NCBI GenBank assembly: GCA_028534125.1
Contig: CM052818.1
Coordinates: forward strand, 28,274,001-28,338,000
Length of the DNA: 64,000 nucleotides
Direction of reading: 5' to 3'
Source: Lama glama
Taxonomy: Eukaryota
Part shown: piece after piece, positions 26,481-40,571 of the stretch
Layout: each line of letters starts with the position of its first letter
Position numbering within the stretch: the first letter of the stretch is position 1
Notes under the pieces: model-generated
What the model saw: the letters and a program-made list of their open reading frames with translations, nothing else
What the model was told of the DNA's origin: nothing
Database searches by the model: none
Made by a program: the position numbers and the translations under genes

Positions 26481-28133
26481 CTTTCCTAAAATACAAAGAC
26501 ATTACAAGAGATGTGTATTAGTAAGTGTTCTAGATAACAAGAATGGTTTAGAAAATATTGTCATGGATTACAGCTAGAGCAGTCAGTGTTATGCTTATTA
26601 TCCCATAACATGGACTTAATTTTGCTACCATTAGTATCTTAGTCAGTCTTGATTTTATTAAGCATATTAATGTCCAACAGCTAAAGTGCAATGCCCCATA
26701 TCCTTTTTCTTTTCAGAAGCATCTCCATAAAATTTTAGTCTCCTACAGTCCTAAAAATCTTTTACTAGTATAATTGACGTCACTATAATATTAGAACATT
26801 CTCAGGGATTAAAAGAAGTCAAATCAGCAAGAATTCTCTAAGCAATATATCTAATGTTATAAGGTGTTCAAAGGAGCAAAAAACATGCTTCTTTTTAGTT
26901 CACAACTTGTAACTAGGAAAATAAGTTATATTGACATGACTCAGCAGAGGATTTCTATAAGGCAGTAAATAATCAAGAATTACTACCATTATAATGGCAT
27001 ATAAAGGAACTCTCTGGAATCTAGAGGTAGTGAGTTCAGTAAAAGACCTACCTGACACGCTCAGCTTACAGAAACACATTAACTATGGAAAATCATGGTT
27101 GCAAAGTATAGTTGAAATCTTCAGTGATGGCCTGTCTACCTAGAGTAACAGTTGACTGAATCCTAGAATTATCAGGGTACCCAGAATGTCTCCATCTGTT
27201 CATTCTTCAGTTTACAGAATCCAACCAAAATTATATTTAGCATGTTCTATTGTAATTTACTACTGAATTTTAAGACATAAGAATAAAAATTGGAAAAAAA
27301 CTATTGCAATGAATATGTACAAATAAATTCTGCATTGATAAGCAAATAATGAAAACATTGTTTCTTCTAATTTTGGCACTTTAATAAATTATATTAAGTC
27401 ATCTGTAAAATCTGGTTCTCCTCAGAAGAAGTTTTACTTTATTTCTTAAGCATTCTATTTTGAAACTCCAAAACATATTTTAAAAAGAGGATAATCATTT
27501 ACTGTATAAGGAATCAAAGTTAATTTTTCGTAACCAGTTATACAGGCATTTAAATATTTTTAATTAAAAAAAACCCTCTACTACATAAATGTTTTAAATA
27601 GGGAGATGCTACTAAAGTGATTTAAGCTTCCATCCTATTTTTCAAAAGTTTAATCTTTAGAAAAAAAATTGTTTCTGACAGATTCACATTTCAAGATCAA
27701 CCATGATTTATATTTTTAATACATACTTTAAGAGATGATACTCTCCATTCTTTGAATTTACGGGGAAACAAACTTAGGTAATGAAAGAATTTAGAAATTA
27801 TTTTAATATTCCTTAGACATTTGAGGGACATAAACAAATTTACTGAAATACATGGGGCACATTCAAAGATAATTTAATATAACTTTCATATTCTAGATCC
27901 TATGGTGATATAATGATGCTATTTAGAGGCAACTAAAAGATGAGAAAAATAACAATTTTTTCCTAGGTTATTTTCTTTGATGTCTGAAAACATGAAGTAC
28001 TTCTCACAAACAAACAAAAATTATGTGTACTATATTGTAAAATGAATCAAAATCCTTTGAATTAAATCTATTTTGATGATTTTTAAGTTACAAGATTCAA
28101 TCACATCATCATTTTTTAACAGTCTTTTCTTAA

Positions 28134-29709
28134 GACCCAGAATTGCCAAAGCATTACTGAAGAAAAAGAATGAGGCTGAAGTAAAAACCCTCCCAGACTT
28201 CAGACAATACTACAGAGCTACAGGAATCAAAACAGCATGGTAGTGGTACAAAAATAGATATATGGACCAATGGAACAGAATAGAGAGCCCAGAAATGAAC
28301 CCACAAACTTTTGGTCAATTAATCTTTGACAAAGGAGGCAAGAACATACAATGGAATAAAGACAGTCTCTTCAGCAAATTGGGAAAACTGGACTGCTGCA
28401 TGTAAATCAATGAAGTTAGAATACTCCCTCACATACACAAAAATAAACTCAAAATGGCTTAAAGACTTATATTTAAGACAAGACATAATAAAGCTCCTAG
28501 AAGAAAACATAGGCAAAACATTATCTCACATACATGTCAGCAATGTTTTCCTAGGGCAGTCTATCCAAGCAATAGAAATAAAAGCAAAAATAAACAAATG
28601 GGACCTAATTAAATGTACAAGCTTTTGCACAGCAAAGGAAACCATAAGCAAAACAAAACAACAAACTACAGAATGGGAGAAAATATTTGCAAAAGATGAA
28701 ACTGAAAGGGCTTGGTTTCCAGAATAAATAAACAGCTAACATGACTTAATAAGAAAAAAACAACCAATCCAGTCCAAAATGGGCAGAAGACCTAAACAAG
28801 CAATTCTCCAGTGAAGACATATGAATAACCAATAGACACATGAAAAGATGCTCAATATTACTTTTATCAGAGAAATGCAAATCAAAACTATGATGAGGTA
28901 TCACCTCATACCAGTCAGAATGGCCACAATTCAAAAGTCCACAAATGATAAATGCTGGAGGGGCTGTGGAGAAAAGGCAATCCTCTTACACTGTTGGTGG
29001 GAATGCAGTTTGGTGCAGCCATTGTGGAAAACAGTATGGAGATTCCTCAAAAGACTAAAAACAGACTTACCATATGACCCAGGGATCCCACTCCTGGGCA
29101 TATATCCAGAGGGAACCCTAATTCAAAAAGATATCTGCACCCCAATATTCATAGCAGCACTATTTACAATAGCCAAGACATGGAACCAACCTAAATATCC
29201 ATTGATAGATGACTGGATAAAGAAGTTTTGGTATATTTATACAATGGAATACTACTCAGCCATAAAAAAGAATAAAATAATGCCATTGGCAGCAACATGG
29301 ATGGACCTGGAGAATGTCATTCTAAGTGAATAAGTCAGACAGAGAAAGAAAAATACCATATGATATCGCTCATATGTGGAATCTAAAAAAGAAAAGACAA
29401 ATGACTTATATATAAAACAGAAACAGACTCACAGGCATAGAATACAGACTTGGGGTTGTCAGAGGGGAAGAGGGTGGGAAAGGATAAACTGGGAGATTGA
29501 GATTTGCAGATACTGACTGGTATATATAAAATAGATAAACAAGTTTATACTGTACAGCACAGGGAAATATATTCAATAACTTATAGTAGCTCACAGTGAA
29601 AAAGAGTATGAAAATGAATATATGTATATTCATGTATGACTGAAGAACTGTGCTGTATACCAGAAATTGACACAACATTGTAAACTGACTATACCTCAAT
29701 TAAAAAAAT
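28134..29709 (+). mobile_element. Young 5'-truncated L1 (ORF2 C-terminus, 3' UTR, A tail) with a 13-nt TSD
   Basis: ORF2 peptides at 28326-28727 and 28848-29333 include the cysteine-rich [18 protein letters not shown] motif. TSD AGTCTTTTCTTAA is at 28121-28133 and 29714-29726. Confidence 0.95.
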
Positions 29710-32700
29710 ACTTAGTCTTTTCTTAATAAGATTCAGAGTTTGGAAAAAAACTACGAACAGCCTTAATTAGTAATAAATACTAGTAGACATAGAAGTAGCA
29801 GCAATAATGATAAAAGCAAACACTTATATAATGCTCTATAATTTACAAATTGCTTTTTAATAAATATTTTATTTAAGTATTTAAAAAAATGTGAGGGTTT
29901 GTATTGCCAATATTTCTAATACTATGAGGGCCTTTGTCCATCATCCTTTGAGCATGAAAACCAGCAAGGTCTGATTTTGAGCCTGTAAGATAAACTGTAG
30001 GACTTTGTGAGTAAATCATTATAAATTAGACCACACACATCCTCAAAAAGAATTATGGTTGAATGACTACTAGCAGACATGCATGTAGTATATATTCCAC
30101 AATTAGGTAACATGTGTAATACAATAAAACAGTTGTACTACCACCTGATTTGAGTAGGAATTTTTCTAGTGCACACTTGCGCCTATTAAAGTGTAAAGCT
30201 ACTGTTCCTAAGTCTTTAAGTTATTCCAATAAAAAAAATTATGGCAGGTAGTGTCCTCAGAGAAGGGAAATCTCTTTCTCTCTCTCCCCTCTGCCTCCTC
30301 TATTTCTATGTCTATCTCTATATCTAGCTTAGAAGAAACCCTGAAAAGCACAATATAGTATATATTTCCCCAATTAGGATAGATTTAGCCTGACCATAAC
30401 GTTTATGACAACTTTCAACTTCACCTTCAGTTGTCAAACTTTTAAATGTGTTTAAGGAGTGCTCTTCTCTATGAGGTTATCTTGTTCTATCATGTCCATG
30501 AGAAAAATGGTTTTGAGGATTCACTGATGTGCTAAGTTCACTCAGGTTTACTAAGAAACCTAAGCAAATTTCAATAAAGAGAGTTGCCTTTTGTAAAACT
30601 TTGACTAATGTGACTGCCTACGGTCTTAATTCAAGCCTGATTTTTGTTACCACAGTAACCGAATGAAAGAACTGCATCAGTTGAACAATATTTTATTTTA
30701 ACAAAAGAAGACTAAGTAGAGCCTTTAAAATACAACAAAAAAAGGAAAAACTATTTAATTTTTGATAACGACATTCTCAGCCACTTATTTTAAATAACCT
30801 ATAGAGGGAGAGAGGAGTTATTTCACAGTATAAATATTAAAAAAAAACTTCATTTTTAAGCATAAACATTGTATATTTTCTTAGCTGACTGAACTTTTTT
30901 TTTTAACCTGTTATACTGTTTACGTAATTTGATTTACTGCATGTCTTGGAAATAGTTTGATTTGTTAATGTATCAATTCAAGAAATGGAAGCAAAACTAG
31001 GATCTAGTGATCATGGTTTCCTGCTGAGGAATGGCTAGTCTTCCTATCTATGTAAGAAAACTGCCCTTCACAAGGTTTTCCTCACTCAAAAGCTATTTCA
31101 ATCAATTGAGAACATAAGCATTCCATTAGGTTAAACCAGTGCCCGTAAGTAGGAAGAAATTAATAGGAAATATCAAATGTGTTCTCAGAGCTATATAGAA
31201 ACAGGACCATGAAACATCCAAGGTAATGAATTTTCTCATTCAACTTTATGCTCTAACACAGGTCAGAAGCCAATGGCTTTGGTGGCAAATGAGCTAGAAA
31301 TAGGGTTTCAGAGAGCACACTTCCTGCCAGTTGAAGCTGAGCACTGTCACCTCACATATGGCATCTACTAATCCGTCATACTGTGCAAACCACCAGTGCC
31401 ATATAAAGGAGGAACAGGGTAGCAACTAGGGAGAGTGTGATGTAATGAAGGGGAAGAGTAGTAAGACTGCAGAGGAGGAAAACATTCCTTCCCTTTATTC
31501 TTGGCACCATCTTTCCATGAAATACACTAACCCTTTACTGCTTTTAAAATGTTCCTATTCCTGGATTTAATTGACTATATTCGGGTATTTGAGATAGTAC
31601 TCCCCAGTCTGACTCACATTTTGCTAATATCTGGCACATAGTAGGGCTCAATAAGTAACTGTTTAATCAGTCAAAAAGAACTATGTGAAAGGAAAGAAAG
31701 GAGGTATATTTTGTTGTTTCCTTCTCTCCACTTGGAGAAGGAAAAGTAAACTAAACAAGAGGGAACTTTTCAGGGACCAATCTGAGGATCTAGGATTCAA
31801 AACCTTGAGAGTTCAAGAAGTCTCCAGTTTAAAAATATCTCATTTACACTTCCAGGAAACCTCCTAACTATAGACATTTTTGGAGGTTATAGTGGTTTGA
31901 GGACATGGGTGAATTCTGTAAGTACTCTGATTCCTGCATATACGGATTTACATACACAGACATAAACACATCTGATCATGCACACTAGCTGGATTTCAAA
32001 ATAATTTTTGTTAATTGTTTCAAAAATCAAAGCATATAATGCAAGTAGAATCAACGAATCAATGAACTGAAAATATTTTACTGCCCCTTCATAGCAAAGA
32101 AGCCATTAGAGATTTAATACAAATCCCCAAGATTTTTCCGGTTTAAAGAAAAACAAATTGTATCGATCATAATCCTTAATGATTTCTATATCAATCCACT
32201 AAGGCCTTGCATTATTTTATTCATTTTATTTTACTTTTGTGTTATCCCTGCTGTCTCCAATAACAAATTCAATTTCTTCACCAATCCTTTCTGGATATTA
32301 GATGTTAATTTCTTTTTTTTTAAACATCTACTTTTGACACTGATTTTCTTTTATAGTATTTATTCTTTTTGCAGTCAGCAGCGTACTTCTTTTGTTGTTG
32401 TTGTAGAAGAAAAGCCCTGTGAATGTACAGGAGGCCTTCTTTTTCTCTATGATCTCTTTAATTTCAACTATCACAATAGGGCACTATCATTTCCTTGCCC
32501 TTCTTGCTTTTAACAAAGCAGAGAAAACTTACTTACATTAATAGAATTTCAGAGTGAATCTTATGCATTCTAAATTTTATTATTTCTTACACTACATCTA
32601 AACCTTTATTTTTGAGACATTAAAACAGTGGACAGACCCCACACACATAGGAAGCACAACTGACCACTCTCACCTTGTGTGGTGCGCTGGTGTTCTTTTC

Positions 32701-35700
32701 TATCCCATCATTTTAAGCCTACAAAAATCTATCAATATGTTTTCTTTTCCCCAAATGAATTCTTGTAAGTAAAAAGAATCTATTTTTATTCTTCTCTCTG
32801 TTCCATATGATTATTCAAGCATTTATGCTGTCTGTAATTATATTTTATAAGCAATCTATTCTGCATACTTTTTGTATGAAGGCATTTTGAAAAATATTAC
32901 AATCTCTCTAATCCCTTAATGAATGTTTCCTTGGGTAATAGAAGTGTTTGGTACCAAAGGGGTAACATAATTGTATAATTAGTTGGAGATAGTATTTGTT
33001 TGTAACTATAATATGCTTCAGACTCAAGCACATTTGTTTAAAAAAAGCATTTTAATCCAACTAGAAAATAACAGCTATTATTTTTATAACAGTTTCAAAT
33101 TAATGAATGGCAGATAAATAATAATTACTCTTTTCTTAACAAAAGACAGAAAATCCTAAAAGATAAAATGTTTGGTATTTCTTTACATAAACTATGTCCC
33201 AGGATGTTTTAAAGGGTTCATCTTAATTGCAGTGCTTCAACCCCACAGTGTAAGTAAATGTTTGTTTTGTGTTAATTAAGAAGTCATTTAAACATCTGCC
33301 TTTATTTTATGGACTGCCTTTAAAGTGTAAAATGTGTTTTTCTCATGAGAGCACTTTATGCTCCCAAGTGGCAATTTTAAAATAAAGTGTCTCTTTTTCA
33401 GATATAAAGTCTAATGTGCAAAGATTTTGCCATCTGTTCTATGTAGTTGTGCTTGTGAGCTAGTTGTTTGATTAGAAACAACAAATGCATAAAAAATGTG
33501 TCTTCACTCTAAAGAAAACCACAATAGTGTACAGTCTCCTTTTATCATTCCTTTTATAGATTTTCATTTTAAATTTAATTCAGGATCAGTTGGATCTCTT
33601 AAAATAGAAAGATCAATTTTAAATTTAATTTTAATCATTTAAGAAACAAAAGAGAAAACTCAATTCAGTTTTCAAAGCAGAAAGATTCCTTCATTTCAAT
33701 ACAGAGTGAACAAATAAGTCAAAACCAGAGACCACCATGTCTACTCAATAAAGAATTATAAATTCAAAAATAGTTTCTCTATCAGTCTATAATGCCCCCA
33801 AAGCAAGTCATATCTATTGAGATATTAGTCAAACTCTTTTTGTAAAGAACTGGTCTTTAAGAATATAGAGAAATAATATTTAATCCAAAAATTCATAGAG
33901 TAGCTACCAATTATTTAAAAAATTTATCAATGATTTTCCAGCTTAGATTTTGGACAGAAGTTTACTTTAAAGAAATGAAAACACTGCCACAACATTTTTT
34001 GGTATCTTATATACTCATTAATTATAGGCAAATGCTTAATTCAAACACTCTGCTCCTATCAAGAGAACACTCTAGAATCTGTACTTATTCTAGAATCTTT
34101 TCAACTATTGTGATTATTCTGAAGACCTTGGTTCTTCTGAAGAGTTCTCTGTCTCTTTACTGGGAATTCATCTGTGTTTCAGATACGGGTACTAGATACA
34201 TGTAGAATGATATAAATGATTTCTGCACCCAAAGGCATTAAAAAAAAAAACCCAAGTTTCCTTTCACTAATGAAACTTTTATCTTAGGGTAGGCTCAAGC
34301 AGGTTGATCTGCCTAAAATCTCAAAAACCAGAGCTTATCTTCCAAGCAGTAATCATGCTGAGGATTCTGAACCTGGGATGATTTCTGCATTAATCCTGAC
34401 ACTGTTTTTTGTTGCTCCAAGAATTCTTGATTATGTCAAACCTCGATCTATTTTAACCATTTCACTGGAGCTACTGTAAGGCCTGAAAACACCAAGAAGC
34501 TCTAACATTCACTTCAGTACTTCCTGTGCTTATTATGTGCACAGTCATAAATCAAGAATTTTAACTATGTGGTAATATGATACAATTTTTCCTAACCTAT
34601 ACTTAACAGTGCTGATTGAAACAATGATAATATTAAGCCTTATATATACCATATATATATGAAATGTATAAGTAGTTCAGGAAGTCAATTCCAGGGCATA
34701 TTCTGTCTTTATAATCAGGAATATCTTTATAGAGATGTTGGTTAGTTTTTGAACTGGGCTTTCAAGTTTGGGTAGTACTCAGTTAACACTGTAAGAGAGG
34801 AGGAGACCAGTTAAGAAGACTGATAGTGATCCCAAACATGAGGAAATATAAAAATAAAAAACAAAAAATATATTTAGAAGGTAATAAGGAAAACAGATTA
34901 GCTAAAATGAAGGTTTCAACCCATTAAATTATAGGAGGTGATTTGGAAATGCAGGTTGGGAGAACACTTTAAATTAAAGTCTAAGAACCATAGTTTTTAT
35001 TTTTTCAAATTAAATTCCATGTCAAATCATTGAAAAGCAGAAGCATAGGACTAAAGCTGTAGTTTTGTGAAGATTAATAAAAGTATGATTTTATTTTACC
35101 AAGCACAATAAAGATTCTTAATAAATATTTTAAATTTTTAATTGTCAAGTGTTAATTATTTGACAGAAGAAATACTCAAGATTATCAGACCTATTAGAAT
35201 CTTATTATAATCTATTGCTTTTTGTTAATGAAGATAGAGATGGAAATATAAGATCAAATGCGAAAGAGAGTGCAAATTTGGGACTGAGTTTGTGAAAAAA
35301 GAGAAAGGGAGATACATGGTATGCACTGTACACAGTAAGAGGAGTCAGTTTGTTTGGTTTAATGCAGCTCCCCCACTCCCACACATAGAACCATGACAAA
35401 CCCGGTACTTTATTTCTCCCTAGAAAGATTAATTGTACTATCACCTGTTTTCATTTCACACGTTTTTATAAAAGAAAAATTATATATCTATATTGAGGAA
35501 AACCTATATATATATATCTTTTTTTGTAAACTGTTAAAGTATCATACAAACATACCATAATTAATTAACATAATACTAAAATAGTCAAAATTTACTAAGC
35601 ACTTAAAATAGTGCTACTGACTTCATATATATACTATCGAGTTTCCATATGCACATAAATAATAATATCATAAAATGAGAGTATTTCTTCCCCCACATAT

Positions 35701-36744
35701 GTGTAAAACATTATGGTATAGGATGGAATACTATATATCTCTAATGAATTAGTCTTACTGATAATTCAAAGTGTTTGTCAGTGACAATTTGTCAAAAAAG
35801 AATTCCACAGAAGAATCTCCATTGATAGTTTAATTACGAGGTTCTAGGATATATGCTTTAGGGTTCAGTCACAACCAAAAAACAGTTTGGTCCCTGGTAA
35901 CATATAATAAAATAATAAACCTATGTTCAAATAAGTTCATTAAGTTTCCATGCAGTTAAGCTTCAACAAGAAATATATGCCTCGTCCTATGAACTGTACC
36001 AACATAGTAAAACCTACTTATACAGAGCCCTAGAGTAAACTATCAGGAATTCTGTTAAGGTGAGGGCCATGATGAAATAAACGTTTTCTTTTATCCCTTC
36101 AACTTTGCCTCCAAGGTCCTGAGGGCCCCTCCTGACTGCTGGGACAGTCCTCATATAGTCAGATTACCTCAAGTACAATCTGTCAAAGATCTCATGGTGA
36201 AACACAGACTGTCTTTCCTAAATTATTAATTTTTTTCCTGAATACTTTTATCTTATTCTAGCCCCTTGAGTCAAAATAAGTGACATCTCTCCAGTTCATT
36301 CCACTCTTGTTTCTCTTATTTTAGATTTTACTTTCCTAAATTAAGATTTTTAACTGTCTCTTTTTTTCTTTGTCATTTGGAACTTAATAAACTAATCATG
36401 TACAAATACACATGGTTGTTCTCATCAGAACAATCCTCATTGTTTTAAAGTATCTGAACACAATTGCATGAAAAGCTTTTCCAAATGAAAGGAAAACAAA
36501 ATAATAAACAGAGTAAAGTGAACAGAAACTCAAATCTGGTGAACTGTAAAAAAAAAAAGTTATCTAAACATAATCTTGCAAGTTTTCATTATACTCTTTC
36601 AAAAACTAAGAAAAACAAAAACTCATTTGCTTTTAAAATATCAAGTAATTAAAATATAATAGGGAAGTTTAGTATATTCATTATAATCTAACACACTAAT
36701 TTCACTAAAGAGCACTGAAATATACTGAATGCTATATAGCATGG

Positions 36745-36890
36745 GTCAGCCCTATAGTGTTGAGCACAACTTCTCAACTCTGCTATTATAACTCAAGAAA
36801 ACCCTTACACAGTATATACATAAATGGATGTGCCTCTATTCCAATAAAACATTAGTTTTAAGAAATGAGCAGAGGTCAGATCTGCTAACT
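36745..36890 (+). mobile_element. MER58-like hAT MITE fragment
   Basis: CACAACTTCTCAACTCTGCTATTATA...ATAAATGGATGTGCCTCTATTCCAATAAAAC. Confidence 0.7.
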
Positions 36891-39469
36891 CTAGTAACGG
36901 ATTATTATGTTCAACTTATACAAATGTAAACATATAATCATGAACATTATTGAAGTCGTGCCTAACTTCTGAAATGGGGTGCTGAGATCAAAAAGATCTT
37001 GGCATCAGCAGTGCTTACTGACTTATTTAATCTGAGTAGGCAAATCAACATTTTATGGCATTCATTTGATGATCATAATTTGTATTGGAAAAAATCATCT
37101 ATAAAAAGTTAGTTTTGTTCTTGAATGATTGATTATTCATAACATTAACCAGCTAATTTATATATTAGGTGATTTTGGAATTCAATGTACATGCATATAT
37201 AGTTACACACACACAGATATACTCCATTATCTAAATCTCTAGCCTTGTGTGGCTTAATTCCAATAAGTATGCCTCCAACTCTTTGCTATGTCTGTGCCAT
37301 ATCCTCTTTTCCCTGTATTGTTCTCAGCTTCCAGCTAGCATCTCTCATCATGGCAAATATCTGTAACTGCTTCACAATTTACAACCACACACCATGATAT
37401 CCTGACACAGTTGAAAATAAAGAGAAAATTCTACTTCTTATGATGGTTCATTTAAAAACTATCTTCTAAAAGGAAATTTATTTCACATATATCCCAGCAA
37501 AGTATTCCTTTTTTAATTGGTATAAATTGTGTTGCATGCCCATTTTTGTGCCCAGGGAAATGCCATTAACTTGTTTTTTTTTTTTTTTTTTTGGAGTTCC
37601 GAAACTCATTATTTTACCACCATTTACACGTACTCTCAGACCAGTCTGAACTAACCTTGGAGCTGGGTGTTGGAAGTGGGACATATATTTTGAATGAAGA
37701 AGAGATTGTAATAGGAACCAGAATCAGATTATTTTGGAGAAAGTGTGTAATTGGTTAAGCAACTAACTACGTGAATTTCACCTGGGTATTTAAAAAAATG
37801 TCAAAAACTTTTTACTCCATATGTTCATAATTATTGTCATTAGCCTAGTGAATAATATCATATCTTGAGCTGTTCTTCCAAGGTTTTTTCATCAGCTATC
37901 CTTCCCTTTTTATTCCTGGCTAAAGTTAAAAGTAACCTGGTCTATATCCTGACTCAAATTTTTATCCGTATTATTTGTCTTGTATACACAACTTATTTTG
38001 GGGTAAACTGTAAAATGAACATTGTAACTATTTTTGATAGTCATGTAGTGCAAACATCAAGGTTTAACTGTTCGACTTACCATTTATTTCATACTTGTTA
38101 GTTAGCATTAAAAAGCCCTTCATATTTTTAATTTGCTATTTCCTCTTCCATTCTTGACAAGTAGAATATCTACTTAATAGAGGAAGATACTCATCCACCT
38201 GAAAATTTAATGAACTGACCAAGGACACAGAGTGAGACTGACAAAAATTTAGTGCCCATACCAGCAGTGTTGAAATTGCCCTACCAAATTGAGCATAACA
38301 TGCTTAATTTGGAATTTGGGGTCATATTGAAGACTGATTGCTCAGCAATAAATCTAGACCACAGGGAAGTAATATTAATGTCATTAAGATGGCTAAACTT
38401 AAAAAACTGACCATCCAACAGTCTGTTAAGACTTTTTTTTAATAATATAAAATTACTATCAAGATGTGGCATAACGAAAAACAGAATAGATATTTCCTCA
38501 GTTGTTGGTCAAGAGAAAGGTTACATTGATTATTTATGCCAATTTCTTATTTACATCTCTTGAGTATAATCTTAATGGTCAAAAAGGCCAATAAGATCAC
38601 TCACTTAAAGGTACCTTTTTGAATTTGAAGTATAGCACTGCTTACAACACAAAAAGTATTTAATTGCACTATGCATTAATTTTAAGTTAACCCTTGAAAA
38701 AGTGAACATATTTTTTGAAAAAAAGTGACATGACTTAGAAGAGATATAGGACACTGGAAAGTTCTAATGATCTAACCTATGAGATTAAAATTTGTTTATC
38801 TGGTGATTTTTATAATTAACTTCTAAAGAAATACAAGGATAAGAGATATCCTTTTTTGTAATCACACAAAATTCATAGAACCTTATTTTAAAAACTACTG
38901 TCTTAGAGTCTGAATGAGAGAGCTTGAAATTACATTTCATTTCTTAGAGGTTAACTCAAATCTCTTGTGAGAAGCTGACTTTAACAAGGACATCCAACAG
39001 ATGATCAAATCCAGCTACATATGGATAGTTCTGTCACTTATGTCATGTCCAGAATTAGCTTGTCTATTCTAAGATAAGGCTGTAGCAATCTTTTCCATTT
39101 CCTTATTTGCTGTGCTCCCTAGCTTCAAATGAAATGCCAAAAGGATAATGGAACCAGGTAAGAACTTTTCTGGTCCACTTAAATAAAATGTATGAATATC
39201 TGAAAAAAGGTCAGGTAGGAGGTGCATAAAGGTCATATGTGAGAACCAAAAATCATTTATTGAATCTACTTTTAAAAAGCTAGAGTGGAATTCTATTATC
39301 AAAGCAGTATTTGTTTTAATTGACTTAAGTGCTTTTATGGCTTTAATATTCAGCTAATTCTTAGAAGCTAATGTTTTGTTTCCAATTATGAAAAGCAACT
39401 AGTGATATTGAAGAACATATGTAAAAAGATGGTGGATAATACAAACATAAAATATATAAAATAGGAAAT

Positions 39470-39930
39470 CTATAAAGCTAATAAGCATAATAAGAGATAC
39501 TCAAACTTATTAGTAATCACAAAATACAAACTAAAACCACAATAAGCTGGCCTTTATATCTATTTGGCAAGAAAAATTAGAAATCTACACATTGCCTTGT
39601 GTTGGCAACGATGTCAGTATATAGAAATTCTGACACAGTGCTGAAAAGTGTAGACTGATGCAGCTATTCTGAAGAGATTCTGAAAATAGTTAATCCTTAA
39701 ATATACACATAATCTGTGGTTAGCATGAACATATAATTTGGAGAGTGAAAGGAGATGCTATTTATATTTATTCTGAGACAATAAACATAAACCAAGTCTG
39801 TTCCAGGCAAGCAGAAAGCATAAGTCATCTTACTTATGACCCAATATATCTGTTCTTAGGTATATATTTCAAAAAGTTTCACTCAAGAATCTATAGATGT
39901 AGACATACAAGAATAATCATGGAAAAGTGA
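39470..39930 (+). mobile_element. Ancient L1 ORF2 3' fragment, interrupted by a small hAT element
   Basis: AGATACTCAAACTTATTAGTAATCACAAAATACAAACTAAAACCACAAT...TATGACCCAAT...TTCTTAGGTATATATT. Confidence 0.6.
39721..39831. mobile_element. hAT-Blackjack MITE (MER81/MER94-like)
   Basis: Degenerate terminal inverted repeats TAGCATGAACATAT and ATAAGTCATCTTA, with internal GAGAGTGAAAGGAG and CATAAACCAAGTCTGTTCCAGGCAA. Confidence 0.55.
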
Positions 39931-40571
39931 TAAGAAACTTATGAATACTCAAGTCCTAACCAATATGATAATTTGATCATCTAACTTTTCATTAGTACTT
40001 ATTTGATTTTATTGGGTTTGATACTTTAATACATTGATTACCTATTATTATTTTTTCTTTTGTAGTTTTTAATAATTTTTCTTTGATACTTTAGTCCTTT
40101 ATTTTCCACTATGAGTGCTTTAAATTTTCCAATTACATAATGAGTTTCCCCTTTTGACTTTTGTTATAATATTATTCCCTTCCTGTGAATTCCTTAATAA
40201 AATTTTTAAATCTTTTGATCCAATTATTTTAAATTTCAATTTATAGTTTTATGAGATTACACTAAACCTAAAAGAAATCTGTGATGATTTATCAGACTTA
40301 TTCGGTTTTCCATAGGAAATAGGACTCTTTTATTTAAGTCTTCCGCTATCATGTTTCTCAGCAATGATTTATTATTCATTCATACACCTTACCAATCTTA
40401 AGTCCTCAGAAATTTATGGTTTTGTTGTTACTGTGATTTTTTTCTACAATATAACTTCAATTGAAGGCTTTACTGCATCTCAAAAAACTTAATAAGAAAT
40501 GAAAGTATGTCATTACAGAACCCTCAACCACTTCTCCAGCCTATCTGTACTGATAACTTGAGTTTGGAGTC

